From assembly GCA_002269645.1 (NCBI GenBank), contig NIVC01002177.1, forward strand, positions 62,001 through 126,000: a stretch of 64,000 nt of DNA, in the 5' to 3' direction. This DNA comes from Macrostomum lignano. Lineage: Eukaryota. Positions 62,191 through 64,000 of this stretch are shown here, piece by piece. The notes beneath the pieces were generated by a model. It was not told the DNA's origin and made no database searches. It worked only from the letters and a program-made list of their open reading frames with translations. Numbering within the stretch: the stretch's first letter is position 1; every line of letters begins with the position of its first letter. A program made the position numbers and the translations under genes.

Positions 62191-64000
62191 TCCCAAAAAA
62201 TAAGATGCATTTGATATGCAGTTACTATCAAAAAGTTTTGATCGTGTAGATCTCTTTACTAAGATTTATTACATGTAATAAGCATTAGGAAGGCAATGCA
62301 GACAAAATCTGCAGTAAAAAAGCATTGTGCCGGCTGATAAATCTTATATACCGGCTGAGTCCGGGTCCTCTTGCTCCTTGTGCCCCTTTCCGACCCCTTG
62401 GCCTGGCCTCCAATATAGAGCTGTGTAGGTGACACCCTTGTGGCTTGCAGCCCCATACATTTTCTGCATGGTGGCCTGATAGGAGTCTCGCCCTCGGAAA
62501 CAAGCCTTCCAGACTCGCTCCAAAATTAAGCCATTTTCGAGACTTCTGGGGCCTTTTCATATTACCAATTCCAGAACCAGAATCGGTTGGGAATTCCAAG
62601 AAAAACAGCAGTATAACTATTAAACTCTGTTAATATTTGACTGCCTTAACAACCTAACTTAGCACAATTTTTCACTTTCTTCTTGGCGATTGTCATTCAA
62701 TAATAAAAACTTTATAGCACGTATCTCCCTCTAGTTATGGAGACAAAAAGTTATACTTCACAAATTGGTTCTGGTTCTGGAACCAGAACAAGCAATATGA
62801 AAATGCCCTGGGTCTCCCCTGCTCTCGGACCGCTTTTCAGTAGTAAACCAAACATTTTTCAATTCTTTTTTCGCGCACTCCCGGCCTGGACTTGTCCGCT
62901 GGGTGGTGGCTTGGGTGGACTCGGTCCTAGCACCGTCCCTGATACCACTTTTTGGGTTGGCGGTGTCTTAGTTCATAGGTTTGGGCTAGTAGCTACTCTC
63001 CCCTAGCCCAGATGTCAGGGTCCAACCCGGGGTATCTCGGGCTATATGCCCCTGGTAGTGCCCCCTCAGCGGCAGAGCCCCCTTTCGGGCTGATTCGCGG
63101 GTAGCTCCCGGCTTCCCAGCCCCGTTTAACAACAACAAATGACCCTTACACTAGAAATTAGATAGCTTTATACACGTGCGCGCATAAACTGCTTGGGCCA
63201 GATACATACGTACGATCCTGTATCAAAAAATGTTAAATACTGCATGTACTTTCATAATCATAATTACATTATAGTTTGATGCCAATATTAATGAAGTATT
63301 TGGGAGCAATGAGAGCAATATGAAGTATACAAACAGCTAGGATCGTGCTGCATGCTTCGCGAGTGCAGTCTAAAGCATGACTCAGCAAGGTTTTTCTTGA
63401 GGTGCTTCGTAAAAAATCCTATGTTTCTTGTTGGATAATTCCAATCTTACAGTATCTTGCGCAGGATCTTAAAAAATAATGAAATATCTAGTAGTAATCT
63501 TGGAAATTGTATTAATTGAGATCGCGATCTCTAGGGCATGTAAGTAAATTATCCATCCGCAAGTTACGAGTATAGGGCCCAGTGTAAGCACAGTCGTCGA
63601 TTCGGTCGATTGTCCATCTGAGCATTTTAGGAAAGTTTTAGCGGAGTAAAAGCTCTGCATTGGTGTAACCATTCTGTAAAAATCTATATTCCATGTACTC
63701 GAATTCATATTTACGCCAGTCAATAACTACTACTCATGGCCTGGTATAGATGAGAGCGTACATGTAATTATTAAAACCGTTAAGAGAGGCATCGGCGAGA
63801 GAATCTTCTCTAGATCCTGCTCTGAGGCTATTCAATTTCTTTCACAAAAGCAATAGTTTGTATAGCGTTGTATGCGACGGTAACTTCTAATAGTCCTTGA
63901 TTTCCGAAAGCTGGGGTGTTTTACCTGTCTTGTCGATTATTGGCGCGAGAATTCAATTTTTTGGCGCTTAGACTACCTTGTACATGTAGCTCATAACTCC

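Noticed and set aside
61151-63723. Possible exons on the minus strand (61151-61351, 63469-63723)
   Set aside because: No recognisable domain and no consistent exon chain; they lie among transposon debris.

Overview
Eukaryotic (animal) genomic DNA with GC-rich exons and AT-rich, repeat-filled introns. The architecture resembles a free-living flatworm such as Macrostomum, but the species is inferred, not shown. Nine spliced genes were reconstructed by hand from GT-AG junctions that preserve frame: CFAP44 (-, 3' end runs off the window), a vWA + DUF4537/C11orf16-like gene (+, one apparent frameshift), a non-alpha nicotinic-type Cys-loop subunit (-), DHX38/PRP16 (-), EXOSC6/MTR3 (-), IQCC-like (-), ANKS3-like (-), MAP2K5 (-) and BTBD1/2 (-). 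Most large introns carry their own minisatellite (units 14-49 bp), often starting at or near the 5' splice site. One array is an amplification of the splice donor itself, giving 22 in-frame donors. The last ~10 kb is a transposon graveyard: an intron-containing Crypton-type tyrosine recombinase split by a P-superfamily element with exact TIRs and an 8-bp TSD, a mariner relic, and several MITEs. A tRNA-headed CORE-like SINE occurs six times, twice inside a second repeat family. Most long ORFs in the supplied track over the arrays are artefacts. No CRISPR, rRNA or true tRNA was found. Homology calls are from remembered motifs; no searches were run.
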